Shown here piece after piece: positions 1 to 10,590 of a DNA stretch of 64,000 bases. This stretch comes from Rhodoluna sp. GTDB lineage: Bacteria > Actinomycetota > Actinomycetes > Actinomycetales > Microbacteriaceae. Location: NCBI GenBank assembly GCA_044239775.1, contig JBIIAT010000003.1, positions 40,584 to 104,583 of the forward strand. Direction: 5' to 3'. The notes beneath the pieces are model-generated. The model was not told where the DNA came from. It was given only the letters and a program-made list of their open reading frames with translations, and made no database searches. Each line of letters opens with the position of its first letter. Position 1 is the stretch's first letter. The translations under genes and the position numbers were made by a program.

Positions 1-2
1 AG

Positions 3-1019
3 CTTTCGCTAAACGCCCAAAGAACCCCCAAGAAAGCGCTTGCTGAGCTAATCGATGCAAGCTTTCCGCTGGCTCATTCATCAGCCCAATCAAGAATTGG
101 CAGGCTAGCGGAGTTAGCCGAAGCAATTGGTCTATCTGCTGGCGGCTATGCTGCCAGCTGGTTACAGCAGCTTCTGGCCGGCAAGATTCCTGCCGCCGCA
201 AAAACACTAGAACAAAGGCTCCCAGCTCAACAAGAGCGAATAATCGTGCAGGCCGACCTTTCGATTATTGCCCCAGGGCCCCTAGCTAGCTCAGTAGAGA
301 TTGCCCTTAGGAAATTCACTGACACTGAAAACATCGGTCTTGCAACCAGCTATCGAATCTCCCCGACAAGCCTAAGTTGCGGGCTCGAGGAGGGGCTCAG
401 TGAGAAGCAAATCAGATCGCTGCTTGAAAAACTCTCAGGATCAAAAATTGCCCAGCCGGTTGATTACTTGCTCACGGAAACAGCTGAGCGCTTTGGCAGA
501 TTACGAATCTCGCAAAGTGAATTAGGGTCGGTCTTGGTTTCGACCGATGAACTACTTGGAAAACAGATTCTCATGGATTCAAAGCTGAAGCCCTTGGGGT
601 TGAAAAAAGTAGACAATCAAATCACCTCACCGTTACTCCCAGAGTATCTTTATCATGCACTGCGTGAAAGCGGTTATCTTGCGATTCGAGTTGATGAAAA
701 CGGGAAAGTTATTGCCCCATCTTCAATTCACAAAAACGGTTCTCCAAAAAGCATATTTCTTGATCAAATCAATCGGTTAAGAAAACAGGATTTGGAAATG
801 TCTGACCAGGCGCCTGAATCTGATATGGAGCGAAAGATTCAACTGGCACTATCAACAAAAAGCATTCTCAAAGTCGAAATCACAATCAATGGAAAACCGA
901 TGAGTTTTTCTCTAGAGCCAATTGGAGTTGCTAACGGACGCCTGCGGGCGAAAGACCGTAAGGCGGATATCGAGCGCACTCTTCCGGTTTCGGCAATTAC
1001 TTCTATAACGATCGGCTGA
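3..1019 (+). CDS. Helicase-associated domain protein (XPB partner, Rv0862c-like), 5'-truncated by the window edge
   Basis: The frame is open from position 3 through the track ORF. It has the QADLSIIAPGPL...YRISPTSL...QPVDYLL signature of Helicase_C_3-type proteins and lies 2 nt upstream of the XPB gene. Confidence 0.8.
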   Translation, partial: LSLNAQRTPKKALAELIDASFPLAHSSAQSRIGRLAELAEAIGLSAGGYAASWLQQLLAGKIPAAAKTLEQRLPAQQERIIVQADLSIIAPGPLASSVEIALRKFTDTENIGLATSYRISPTSLSCGLEEGLSEKQIRSLLEKLSGSKIAQPVDYLLTETAERFGRLRISQSELGSVLVSTDELLGKQILMDSKLKPLGLKKVDNQITSPLLPEYLYHALRESGYLAIRVDENGKVIAPSSIHKNGSPKSIFLDQINRLRKQDLEMSDQAPESDMERKIQLALSTKSILKVEITINGKPMSFSLEPIGVANGRLRAKDRKADIERTLPVSAITSITIG

Positions 1020-1021
1020 GC

Positions 1022-2656
1022 ATGACTTCGGGACCCCTGATTGTTCAAAGCGATAAGACTGCGCTGTTAGAAGTGAATCACCCTAAAGCTGCCGACGCTA
1101 GGCATGATTTGGCAATTTTTGCAGAACTAGAGCGGGCCCCAGAACACATTCACACCTACCGAATCACCAAACTTGGCTTGTGGAACGCGCGGGCCGCTGG
1201 CCACGACAGCGGTTACGTCCTAAATGTGCTGGATAAGTATGCCAAGTTTGCCATTCCCTCCTCGGTGAGGGTCGACATCCAAGAGACCATGGATCGGTAT
1301 GGCAAGTTGGTGATCAAGCGTGATCTAGCTGGGGGGCTCCTTCTAACCTGCTCCTCGCCAGCGATATTGCTTGAGGCCTCAAGAGGCTCAAAGGTCGCGT
1401 CTTTGCTAGGTTCCAGGCTTTCAGAGGATACTTTCGAGGTTTTGCCCTTTGCCAGGGGTGCTCTCAAGCAAGAGCTCCTAAAGCTCGGCTGGCCAGCAGA
1501 GGATCTCGCGGGTTATACCCCCGGCACACCTCATGAAATTGCGCTTCAGGAATCTGGCTGGGCCATTCGTGATTATCAGGTCAAGGCCGTGGAGAAATTC
1601 TGGGATGGCGGCTCTGGGGTTGTTGCGTTGCCCTGTGGCGCGGGCAAGACCATCGTGGGTGCGGCGGCTATGGCAAGAGCGAAAACGAACACTCTTATTT
1701 TGGTGACCAACACGGTCGCTGCGAGACAGTGGAAAGCTGAGTTGCTAAAGCGAACAACCTTGACCGCCGATGAGATAGGCGAATACTCCGGTTCTGTGAA
1801 AGAAATAAAGCCAGTAACAATTGCCAGCTACCAGATTCTTACAGCAAAACGTAAAGGTGAGTACGCTCACCTAGAGTTACTAAACGCTAAAGACTGGGGG
1901 CTCATTATCTACGATGAAGTTCATTTGCTACCGGCACCAATATTCAAAATGACTGCAGACTTACAGGCACGTAGAAGGCTCGGTCTGACAGCAACTTTGG
2001 TTCGTGAAGATGGAAAAGAAGGTGATGTCTTTTCTTTAATTGGTCCAAAGCGCTTTGACGCTCCGTGGAAAGAAATTGAAGCAGAAGGATACATTGCGCC
2101 AGCAGAGTGCTTTGAGATTCGAGTTGACCTTCCAGAAGATGAGCGACTCAACTATGCAATTGCTGAACAAGACGAGCGCTATCGGATGGCAGCCACTTCC
2201 AAGACCAAGATTCCAGTGATTCAAAAACTGATTGCCAAACACAAAAACGAACCCACATTGATAATCGGTCAGTATCTTGACCAAATTGACGAAGTAGCAA
2301 ACTTGCTGGGCGTTCCAAAAATCACTGGGGAAACCTCAGTAAATGAAAGAGAACGATTGTTCCAAGCCTTCCGCGAAGGCACCGAGCCAACCTTGGTAGT
2401 TTCCAAGGTTGCCAACTTTTCAGTCGACCTGCCAGAAGCCTCGGTTGCGATACAAATCTCGGGCTCCTATGGATCCAGGCAAGAAGAGGCCCAGCGCTTG
2501 GGTCGACTACTGAGACCCAAAGCCGATGGAAGAACCGCCTCCTTTTACACCTTGATCGCCAGGGATACTGTGGACCAGGACTTCGCCCAAAACCGGCAGA
2601 GATTCCTTGCCGAGCAAGGATATAGCTACAAAATCCTTGATGTATCAAGCATCTAG
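1022..2656 (+). CDS. xpb: DNA repair helicase XPB/Ssl2/Rad25
   Basis: Walker A LPCGAGKT, DEVH, LGLTATLVRED and QRLGRLLR motifs, with the N-terminal GPLIVQSD typical of actinobacterial XPB. Confidence 0.95.
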   Translation: MTSGPLIVQSDKTALLEVNHPKAADARHDLAIFAELERAPEHIHTYRITKLGLWNARAAGHDSGYVLNVLDKYAKFAIPSSVRVDIQETMDRYGKLVIKRDLAGGLLLTCSSPAILLEASRGSKVASLLGSRLSEDTFEVLPFARGALKQELLKLGWPAEDLAGYTPGTPHEIALQESGWAIRDYQVKAVEKFWDGGSGVVALPCGAGKTIVGAAAMARAKTNTLILVTNTVAARQWKAELLKRTTLTADEIGEYSGSVKEIKPVTIASYQILTAKRKGEYAHLELLNAKDWGLIIYDEVHLLPAPIFKMTADLQARRRLGLTATLVREDGKEGDVFSLIGPKRFDAPWKEIEAEGYIAPAECFEIRVDLPEDERLNYAIAEQDERYRMAATSKTKIPVIQKLIAKHKNEPTLIIGQYLDQIDEVANLLGVPKITGETSVNERERLFQAFREGTEPTLVVSKVANFSVDLPEASVAIQISGSYGSRQEEAQRLGRLLRPKADGRTASFYTLIARDTVDQDFAQNRQRFLAEQGYSYKILDVSSI

Positions 2657-2660
2657 AATC

Positions 2661-2693
2661 CTCAAGAAACGCTCAGGGTTCTCACAGCTTTCT
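2661..2693 (+). promoter_or_regulatory. Candidate OmpR-family autoregulatory direct repeats
   Basis: CTCAA (2661), CTCAG (2672) and CACAG (2683) are spaced exactly 11 bp apart just upstream of the response regulator gene. Confidence 0.45.
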
Positions 2694-2709
2694 TTGACAC
2701 ACTTAGCTC

Positions 2710-3399
2710 ATGGCCAAAACTCGCGTACTAATCGTCGATGACGAACCAAACATCAGGGATCTGCTAGCCACCAGCTTGCGGTTTGCAGGTTTTGAAATTC
2801 AAACTGCAGCCAACGGAACGGCGGCTGTTGCTGCCGTGACCGAATCTGAGCCAGACATAATCTTGCTGGATGTGATGTTGCCTGACATGAATGGATTTAG
2901 CATCACCAAGAAACTTAGAGCCGCAGGAATTCAATCTCCGATTCTGTTCCTAACGGCCAGAGATGAAGTCGAAGACAAGATCACCGGGCTAACAGTTGGT
3001 GGCGATGACTACCTGACAAAACCATTTAGTCTCGATGAAGTAGTAGCCAGAATCCAAGCAATTTTGCGAAGGACAAAAACGGCCGACGCGGAACCTTCGG
3101 TGATTGATGCTGGGGCTGTAGTGATAAACCAAGACGCCCACGAAGTCACAGTTGATGGAACAATCGTTGAACTATCTCCCACCGAATACAAGTTATTGAG
3201 ATTTCTGGTGATGAACGCTGACCGCGTTCTGACAAAAGCTCAGATTCTAGATCACGTTTGGGAATATGACTTTAATGGCGATATGGGAATTGTTGAGTCT
3301 TACGTTTCTTACCTTCGAAAAAAACTTGATCCACTTAGCTCTCGTCCACTTATTCAAACTAAGCGCGGTGTTGGCTACATATATAAGAAGCACGACTAG
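2710..3399 (+). CDS. OmpR/PhoB-family response regulator (Mtb PhoP/TcrX-like)
   Basis: Receiver motifs VDDE, LLDVMLP and KPF, plus winged-helix VESYVSYLRKK...RGVGY. Confidence 0.93.
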   Translation: MAKTRVLIVDDEPNIRDLLATSLRFAGFEIQTAANGTAAVAAVTESEPDIILLDVMLPDMNGFSITKKLRAAGIQSPILFLTARDEVEDKITGLTVGGDDYLTKPFSLDEVVARIQAILRRTKTADAEPSVIDAGAVVINQDAHEVTVDGTIVELSPTEYKLLRFLVMNADRVLTKAQILDHVWEYDFNGDMGIVESYVSYLRKKLDPLSSRPLIQTKRGVGYIYKKHD

Positions 3400-4892
3400 T
3401 GCCTTCGAAGTTAGCCAGCGCTTGGGAGTTAGTTTCCCTTCGGAGTAAATTAACGGGTCTTTCGGTAGCTATCATCGGATTACTACTGCTGGTTTCTAGT
3501 TTTGGTACCGTTACAGTCCTTCGTGCTTACCTGCAACAAAACACCGATAACTTGCTCTCTGCAACGGCAACAATTCTTTCCCAACAGGACCCTAATCAGA
3601 TAGAAGCCAAGCTTCTTGCCAAGCGACTGAACTTACCTAGACTTCCAAGCGACTATTTGATATCTGTCCTTGACGCCAAAGGCCAAACTGTTTTTCAAAT
3701 AATGGCTACCGATTCATCCCAGGGACAAACACCAAATCTTGAGGTGTTGAATCTTGCCGTCGTTCTGGCAAGTGCTGGTGCTCCATTTGACCTCGATAAA
3801 GACGGTGGCTTAGGTGATGTGACCATTGATGAGCACGATACCTGGCGGGTTGTTGCCCAGCCTTTTCGGGGGTTTGAGGGTTCGGTTGCTGTGGCCCTTC
3901 CAAACAGCACAAACCTAGAACTTCTCAGGCAGTATCGGGCTATTGGGGGTGGCTTTGGGTTTTTGCTGCTAGCCCTTAGTGGTCTGAGTATTTGGCTCAC
4001 TATCGCCCAGGCGCTAAGGCCACTGCGAGAAGTGGAGCGGACAGCCAAGTTAGTTTCTTCAGGTGATCTATCCCAGCGGCTAATTGAGCGACCAGGCAAA
4101 ACGGAAATTGCGCGGCTAAATAGGAGCCTAAACTCGATGCTCGACTCCCTAGAGGCTTCGGTTTCATCCAGAAACAAGACTCTGGGTCAGATGCGCAGAT
4201 TTGTTGCCGACGCTTCTCACGAACTTAGAACTCCTCTAGTTTCAGTTAGGGGCTACGCGGAGCTATATCGCAAGGGAGCTTTGAAAAAGAAATCTGAAAT
4301 TCAACAGGCAATGGAAAAAATTGAATCGGAAGCCATAAGAATGTCTGGTCTGGTTGAATCGCTGCTAACGCTCGCGAGGCTTGATGAAAACCAGCAGCTG
4401 GAAACCAAAGAGGTTGACCTACTCCAACTAATCCGTTCTGTAATTGAGCAAGACCTGCCGGGTGAAAAGAAGATCTCGCTCTCAGTTCTAAGCCTAAGTG
4501 GGGCAAAGCTAGCCCAGGATCAAGAAGTCTTAGCGGAGGTTAATGAGGCGCAGATTCGTCAGGTTCTTGTGAACCTAATTGAAAACGCAAAACGGTTTAG
4601 CCAAAACAAATCCACTATCGAAATCGGCATAGGTCACAAAACAGATGATGAGATAGTGATCGAAGTCATTGACCATGGTGACGGAGTTCCCAAGCAACTG
4701 CGGGAGAAAATTTTTGAGAGGTTCTATAGAGCAGATAGCTCCAGAAACCGTGATACTGGAGGCACTGGTCTAGGACTTGCAATTGTGAAGGAGATTATTC
4801 TGCTTCACAAGGGACGAATCGAAGTTCGTGACACCGCGATGGGTGGAGCTACATTCCGGATCAAGCTACCAACTCGCCACAACTGGGTCTAG
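3399..4892 (+). CDS. Sensor histidine kinase (HAMP, HisKA, HATPase_c)
   Basis: Two TM segments, H-box ASHELRTPL, N-box NLIENA and G-boxes DHGDG and GGTGLGL. It overlaps the regulator stop codon. Confidence 0.93.
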   Translation: MPSKLASAWELVSLRSKLTGLSVAIIGLLLLVSSFGTVTVLRAYLQQNTDNLLSATATILSQQDPNQIEAKLLAKRLNLPRLPSDYLISVLDAKGQTVFQIMATDSSQGQTPNLEVLNLAVVLASAGAPFDLDKDGGLGDVTIDEHDTWRVVAQPFRGFEGSVAVALPNSTNLELLRQYRAIGGGFGFLLLALSGLSIWLTIAQALRPLREVERTAKLVSSGDLSQRLIERPGKTEIARLNRSLNSMLDSLEASVSSRNKTLGQMRRFVADASHELRTPLVSVRGYAELYRKGALKKKSEIQQAMEKIESEAIRMSGLVESLLTLARLDENQQLETKEVDLLQLIRSVIEQDLPGEKKISLSVLSLSGAKLAQDQEVLAEVNEAQIRQVLVNLIENAKRFSQNKSTIEIGIGHKTDDEIVIEVIDHGDGVPKQLREKIFERFYRADSSRNRDTGGTGLGLAIVKEIILLHKGRIEVRDTAMGGATFRIKLPTRHNWV

Positions 4893-4972
4893 GAAAGTTC
4901 TTCACAAATTCTGATCCCAAGGCTAAAAACCTTGCCCTAGAGCGTAATCTGATGCCCGACGAAGGAATCGAG

Positions 4973-6900
<1,928 letters not shown>

Positions 6901-6907
6901 TTAGTGT

Positions 6908-6934
6908 TTAGCACTCTATTTGTGTGAGTGCTAA
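6908..6934. promoter_or_regulatory. CIRCE element (HrcA operator), perfect
   Basis: TTAGCACTC-tatttgtgt-GAGTGCTAA matches the CIRCE consensus exactly, upstream of groEL. Confidence 0.97.
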
Positions 6935-6941
6935 CTCAATT

Positions 6942-6968
6942 TTGGCACTCTAAGCCCGAGAGTGCAAG
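6942..6968. promoter_or_regulatory. Second CIRCE element
   Basis: TTGGCACTC-taagcccga-GAGTGCAAG, N9 spacer. Confidence 0.9.
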
Positions 6969-6987
6969 TTCCAAATTCCAGGAAATA

Positions 6988-7023
6988 GGAAAAGCCGCCA
7001 CCTCGAAAGGTAGCGGCTTTTCC
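6988..7023 (-). terminator. Intrinsic terminator of cspA
   Basis: Inverted repeat GGAAAAGCCGCCACC-TCGAAA-GGTAGCGGCTTTTCC just downstream of the cspA stop. Confidence 0.8.
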
Positions 7024-7040
7024 GTGAAGTCTAGGTGGTC

Positions 7041-7241
7041 CTAGATTAGGTTTACGGCGTCAGCCTGAGGGCCTTTGTCGCCGTTCTTTACTTCGAACTC
7101 AACGCGCTGGTTCTCCTTGAGCTCCTTGTAGCCATCTCCTTGGATAGCTGAGAAGTGAACGAATACGTCCGCTCCACCGTCCTGAGTAATAAAGCCGAAG
7201 CCCTTCTCAGCGTTGAACCACTTTACGGTTCCTTGTGCCAT
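7041..7241 (-). CDS. cspA: Cold-shock protein
   Basis: [18 protein letters not shown] (RNP1) and DVFVHFSAI (RNP2). SD AGGAG precedes the ATG at 7241; the track start is too far upstream. Confidence 0.97.
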   Translation of the reverse strand: MAQGTVKWFNAEKGFGFITQDGGADVFVHFSAIQGDGYKELKENQRVEFEVKNGDKGPQADAVNLI

Positions 7242-7435
7242 GTGTATCTCCTGTTGCCTAGTTTGAATGCGGAGTCGGCCCAATAGGCCTAACCGAGTCG
7301 CTTCCAAACCGGGGGATCCAGGAATGCATTACTAAACCGAAAGCTTTTGGAGCTATGGCTTTTTCTACGACCATTACCTACTCTAGCCGTGAATGGGCCT
7401 ATAAAGTCAAGAAGTTTTTTGAGGAAATATCTGGG

Positions 7436-7966
7436 CTAGTCCAGGTAATCGGTGCCAATTAAGACCGTGACTGGGTGAGAAAACTGGCCGAAAACTAGTA
7501 TCGGAGCATCTGGGAAGATGGCTTGGAGCCCAGAGGCATCCGAGCGGTAGCGCTCATTGGCAATGATTATTTGGGTGACGCTTGCCGCCTGAAGACTGGA
7601 TCCAGCATCACTCAGGCTGGAGCCGATCACCACATTCCAGCCGGCTTTTGATAGCTGTCGGCTGATCGAATAGGCCAGACCTGTGTTGGTTCCATCAACA
7701 ACCGAGATGTCAATTTGAGGAACCGTGGGGGCAATTATCTGAGGCAAAGCGACCTCGCTGGATCCCACTAGCCCTAGATCAGCCATGCGAAGACCCAAAA
7801 GTCCCCCGCCAGCTAGCAAACCCGAAGCGACAGCTAGCGCGAGTAGTGACAATAGATTGTCAATCGCGCTTTTTGGGGCAAGGTGCTTGCCGCCGATACC
7901 TTGTAAGGTATCCAGCTCTTGTTCAGCTGTTGCTTGCATTTTGTCCTTTATGGAGATTCCCGCCAA
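7436..7966 (-). CDS. Membrane-anchored LytR C-terminal domain protein
   Basis: One TM helix followed by ISVVDGTNTGLA...LSKAGW...VTVLIGTDY, the LytR_C pattern. Confidence 0.7.
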   Translation of the reverse strand: MAGISIKDKMQATAEQELDTLQGIGGKHLAPKSAIDNLLSLLALAVASGLLAGGGLLGLRMADLGLVGSSEVALPQIIAPTVPQIDISVVDGTNTGLAYSISRQLSKAGWNVVIGSSLSDAGSSLQAASVTQIIIANERYRSDASGLQAIFPDAPILVFGQFSHPVTVLIGTDYLD

Positions 7967-8009
7967 GCCTCTATATTAGGCATCTAGAGCCCCCGAAAGG
8001 AAATCGAAT

Positions 8010-8411
8010 ATGGACTACCCAATTCAGAAGCCTGATTCCAAGTGGCGTGAGGAACTCACGGATTTTGAATACAGCGTCCTGAGGGAAGCTGGCACCGAAA
8101 GAGCCTTTACTGGGGAGTTACTGAATGAAAATCGCACGGGCATCTTTAGATGCCGCGGTTGCCAAGCCGAACTGTTTAGAAGTAATTCAAAGTTTGACTC
8201 GCACTGTGGCTGGCCTAGTTTCTACGAGCCCAAGGCTGAAGACGCCGTAGAGCTTTTGGAAGACAGAAGCTTTGGAACCATAAGAACTGAAGTTCGCTGC
8301 CGAGCTTGCGGTTCTCACCTAGGGCACGTTTTTGAAGACGCTCCGCAAACTCCCACGGGAGACCGGTATTGCATCAACTCCGTGAGCATAACCTTCGAAG
8401 AATCAAACTAA
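8010..8411 (+). CDS. msrB: Peptide-methionine (R)-S-oxide reductase
   Basis: GTERAFTG, two CxxC motifs, GWPSF, HLGHVF and RYCINS. Confidence 0.97.
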   Translation: MDYPIQKPDSKWREELTDFEYSVLREAGTERAFTGELLNENRTGIFRCRGCQAELFRSNSKFDSHCGWPSFYEPKAEDAVELLEDRSFGTIRTEVRCRACGSHLGHVFEDAPQTPTGDRYCINSVSITFEESN

Positions 8412-9154
8412 TGATTGTTGGTCTTGGAACTCTTATAAACGTTGTGGCAATAATCATTGGCACATTAGTTGGCGTTCTTATCGGTAATCGCCTCAGTGAA
8501 AAGACGTCTCGCGTTGTTACCGATGGTCTCGGGCTCGTGGTCCTAGTGCTCGGTGGCCTAAACGTAATAGCTCTATTGGATCAAGAATTCGTTTCGGCAG
8601 TGGGGCCAGGGATACCGCTTCTTATTGTGATTGGCGCGATCTTGATTGGTGGAATTGTTGGATCTGCCCTCAAGATAGAGCAACGTCTTGATCAGCTTGG
8701 AGCTTTCTTGCAAAAGCGCTTTGCCGGCAAGAAATCAAAAGACTCTAAAGAAAAATTCATTACAGGATTTGTGAATGCCTCCCTGGTTTTCACAATCGGA
8801 CCCCTAGCCATACTTGGGGCTTTGAGCGATGGCCTAGGTCAAGGCATTGAACAGCTAGCGACTAAATCGATCCTGGACGCTTTTGCGTCCCTTGCCTTCG
8901 CAGCGAGCCTGGGTTGGGGTGTTGCGCTATCGGCAATTCCAGTAGGGCTGTGGCAAGGACTCTTGACTGTTTTAGCCTTTGCACTAGGGGCAGTAGTTTC
9001 GGCTCCTGTGATCTCTGCCCTTACAGCTACCGGAGGAGTTTTACTGCTGGGAGTTGGGCTTCGCTTGCTTCAGATTCGATTAGTGGCCGTTGGCAACATG
9101 CTTCCTGCATTGATTGTTGCTCCTTTGGTTACCCTGGTGCTGCTGTCCTTCTAG
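8411..9154 (+). CDS. DUF554-family membrane protein
   Basis: GLGTLINVVAI...GFVNASLVFTIGPLAILG...KSILD...NMLPAL; multiple TM helices; the ATG overlaps the msrB stop. Confidence 0.85.
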   Translation: MIVGLGTLINVVAIIIGTLVGVLIGNRLSEKTSRVVTDGLGLVVLVLGGLNVIALLDQEFVSAVGPGIPLLIVIGAILIGGIVGSALKIEQRLDQLGAFLQKRFAGKKSKDSKEKFITGFVNASLVFTIGPLAILGALSDGLGQGIEQLATKSILDAFASLAFAASLGWGVALSAIPVGLWQGLLTVLAFALGAVVSAPVISALTATGGVLLLGVGLRLLQIRLVAVGNMLPALIVAPLVTLVLLSF

Positions 9155-9218
9155 CTGCACTGAGGGCTATTCTAAAAGCGAGGATGATCGATGAATCAAG
9201 AGCGAGTGAGGTCCAGGA

Positions 9219-9395
9219 ATGAGTAAAGGTGTTACAGCCAGCACCGGAGGTTTTTATTTCCTAGCATTTATAGGTGCCGCTGTGTACTTCATCGGACAGT
9301 CTTCAGACTTCTGGGATGGGGTAATCGGCTTCTTGAAGGCACTAGTGTGGCCAGCATTTTTGATTTATGAGATCTTTAAGACTTTATCCGTCTAA
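9219..9395 (+). CDS. Small 58-aa two-TM membrane protein (not in ORF track)
   Basis: Translates to MSKGVTASTGGFYFLAFIGAAVYFIGQSSDFWDGVIGFLKALVWPAFLIYEIFKTLSV. GAGG SD-like sequence upstream; fills the gap before the tRNA. Confidence 0.75.
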   Translation: MSKGVTASTGGFYFLAFIGAAVYFIGQSSDFWDGVIGFLKALVWPAFLIYEIFKTLSV

Positions 9396-9396
9396 T

Positions 9397-9472
9397 TGGG
9401 GCCGACCAGGGGACTTGAACCCCTAACCCCCGCATTACAAGTGCGGTGCGCTACCAATTGCGCCAGGTCGGC
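9397..9472 (-). tRNA. tRNA-Thr(TGT)
   Basis: Reverse complement folds as a cloverleaf: GCCGACC acceptor, CCGCA-CT-TGT-AA-TGCGG anticodon arm, GGTTCAAGTCC T-arm, encoded CCA. Confidence 0.97.
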
Positions 9473-9590
9473 CTGCACCTAGCGAGGCTAAGTACCGCTC
9501 TAGCCTACCTAAAAACTAATGCTCAGTACGAGCTGGATCACTACGGTTTCACTACCCCAAGGCCAGAATAGCTAGGGTATTTTCCGCGAG

Positions 9591-10442
9591 CTACTGGGTT
9601 ACAGATTCAGCTGCAACCAGCTGAACAAACTGTGCAAACCGAGCCGGGCTGGCTAATTCATCGTTTGTTGAGTAGGTGTACTGCTGACCGTTTACGAAAA
9701 TTGCAGGTGTCCCAGTAACTTTGTTATCAGTGCCAGGGATTGGATCCTTGAGAGCTCTTGTAGTGGAATCTTCTACGAATTGCTTGAATTCCTTTGTGTC
9801 GATGCAGGTAGTGATTTGTTCAATATTGGAGGCTCCGACTTCTTCAGCAAAGGCAATTAGATCTGAATTCTCAGGCCCGGGTGTCATCTCGGGTGGCTGA
9901 GATTTAAAAATTCTTGCGCTGTAGTCAAAAAAACTGTCTGGCGAATAATCCGCAACACAGTAGGCCGCATTAGCTGCTCGAGAGGAGAACTGATTGGGCG
10001 AAGCACGATCTAGAAACGATAATGCATGAACTTCTAGCGTAGCCGCTCCGGATTCCACAAAATTTCTCAGTTGGTCATTGTTTGGAATCTCAAAAATCGC
10101 ACAAATTGGGCACTGGTAGTCAACATAGATAACGATTTCTACCGGAGGCTGCTCAGTCTCTGGTGGCGTGCTGGTGGGGGTGTAAAGTTTGAGCTCATTT
10201 CCTACCTTGACTCCATCATTGAATGTTGCATTTACAGGGATGGCCTGGGATTGAGTGCTTGCCGAGTAGACAGCAAAAACTACTGCTCCAGTTGCCACCA
10301 AGACCGAGGTAGCGATTCCTAGTTGGATAAGGATGCGGTTTCTCCTGTCACCCTTCTTTTGCTGCTCACGCATGGCTTTAGCCTTTGCCCTGGCAGCTTC
10401 ACGTTGTTCAGATCTTGTTGGTCTTGGGGTATTTGAGGTCAT
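9591..10442 (-). CDS. DsbA/thioredoxin-4 family membrane-anchored oxidoreductase
   Basis: Basic N-terminus and TM helix, DYQCPIC active site, GTP cis-Pro loop. Confidence 0.9.
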   Translation of the reverse strand: MTSNTPRPTRSEQREAARAKAKAMREQQKKGDRRNRILIQLGIATSVLVATGAVVFAVYSASTQSQAIPVNATFNDGVKVGNELKLYTPTSTPPETEQPPVEIVIYVDYQCPICAIFEIPNNDQLRNFVESGAATLEVHALSFLDRASPNQFSSRAANAAYCVADYSPDSFFDYSARIFKSQPPEMTPGPENSDLIAFAEEVGASNIEQITTCIDTKEFKQFVEDSTTRALKDPIPGTDNKVTGTPAIFVNGQQYTYSTNDELASPARFAQFVQLVAAESVTQ

Positions 10443-10550
10443 TTTGACAGTTTACAGGAGGTTTTGGGAAGCGCTATTTTGGCCTGGTTAGGTTCCGAGT
10501 GGGATACTTGAAAGTACCTATCGGGGCCTTCGGTTGGTAGTTTTCACAAA

Positions 10551-10590
10551 GGATCGTCCGGCACGTACCTGCCGGTGAAGGAGTTTCATC
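10551..10590 (+). ncRNA. msiK RNA motif (cis-regulatory leader)
   Basis: Hairpin CCGGCA-CGTACC-TGCCGG (10558-10575) followed directly by TGAAGGAG (SD) in front of an MsiK homolog. This matches my recollection of the actinobacterial msiK motif. Confidence 0.8.
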
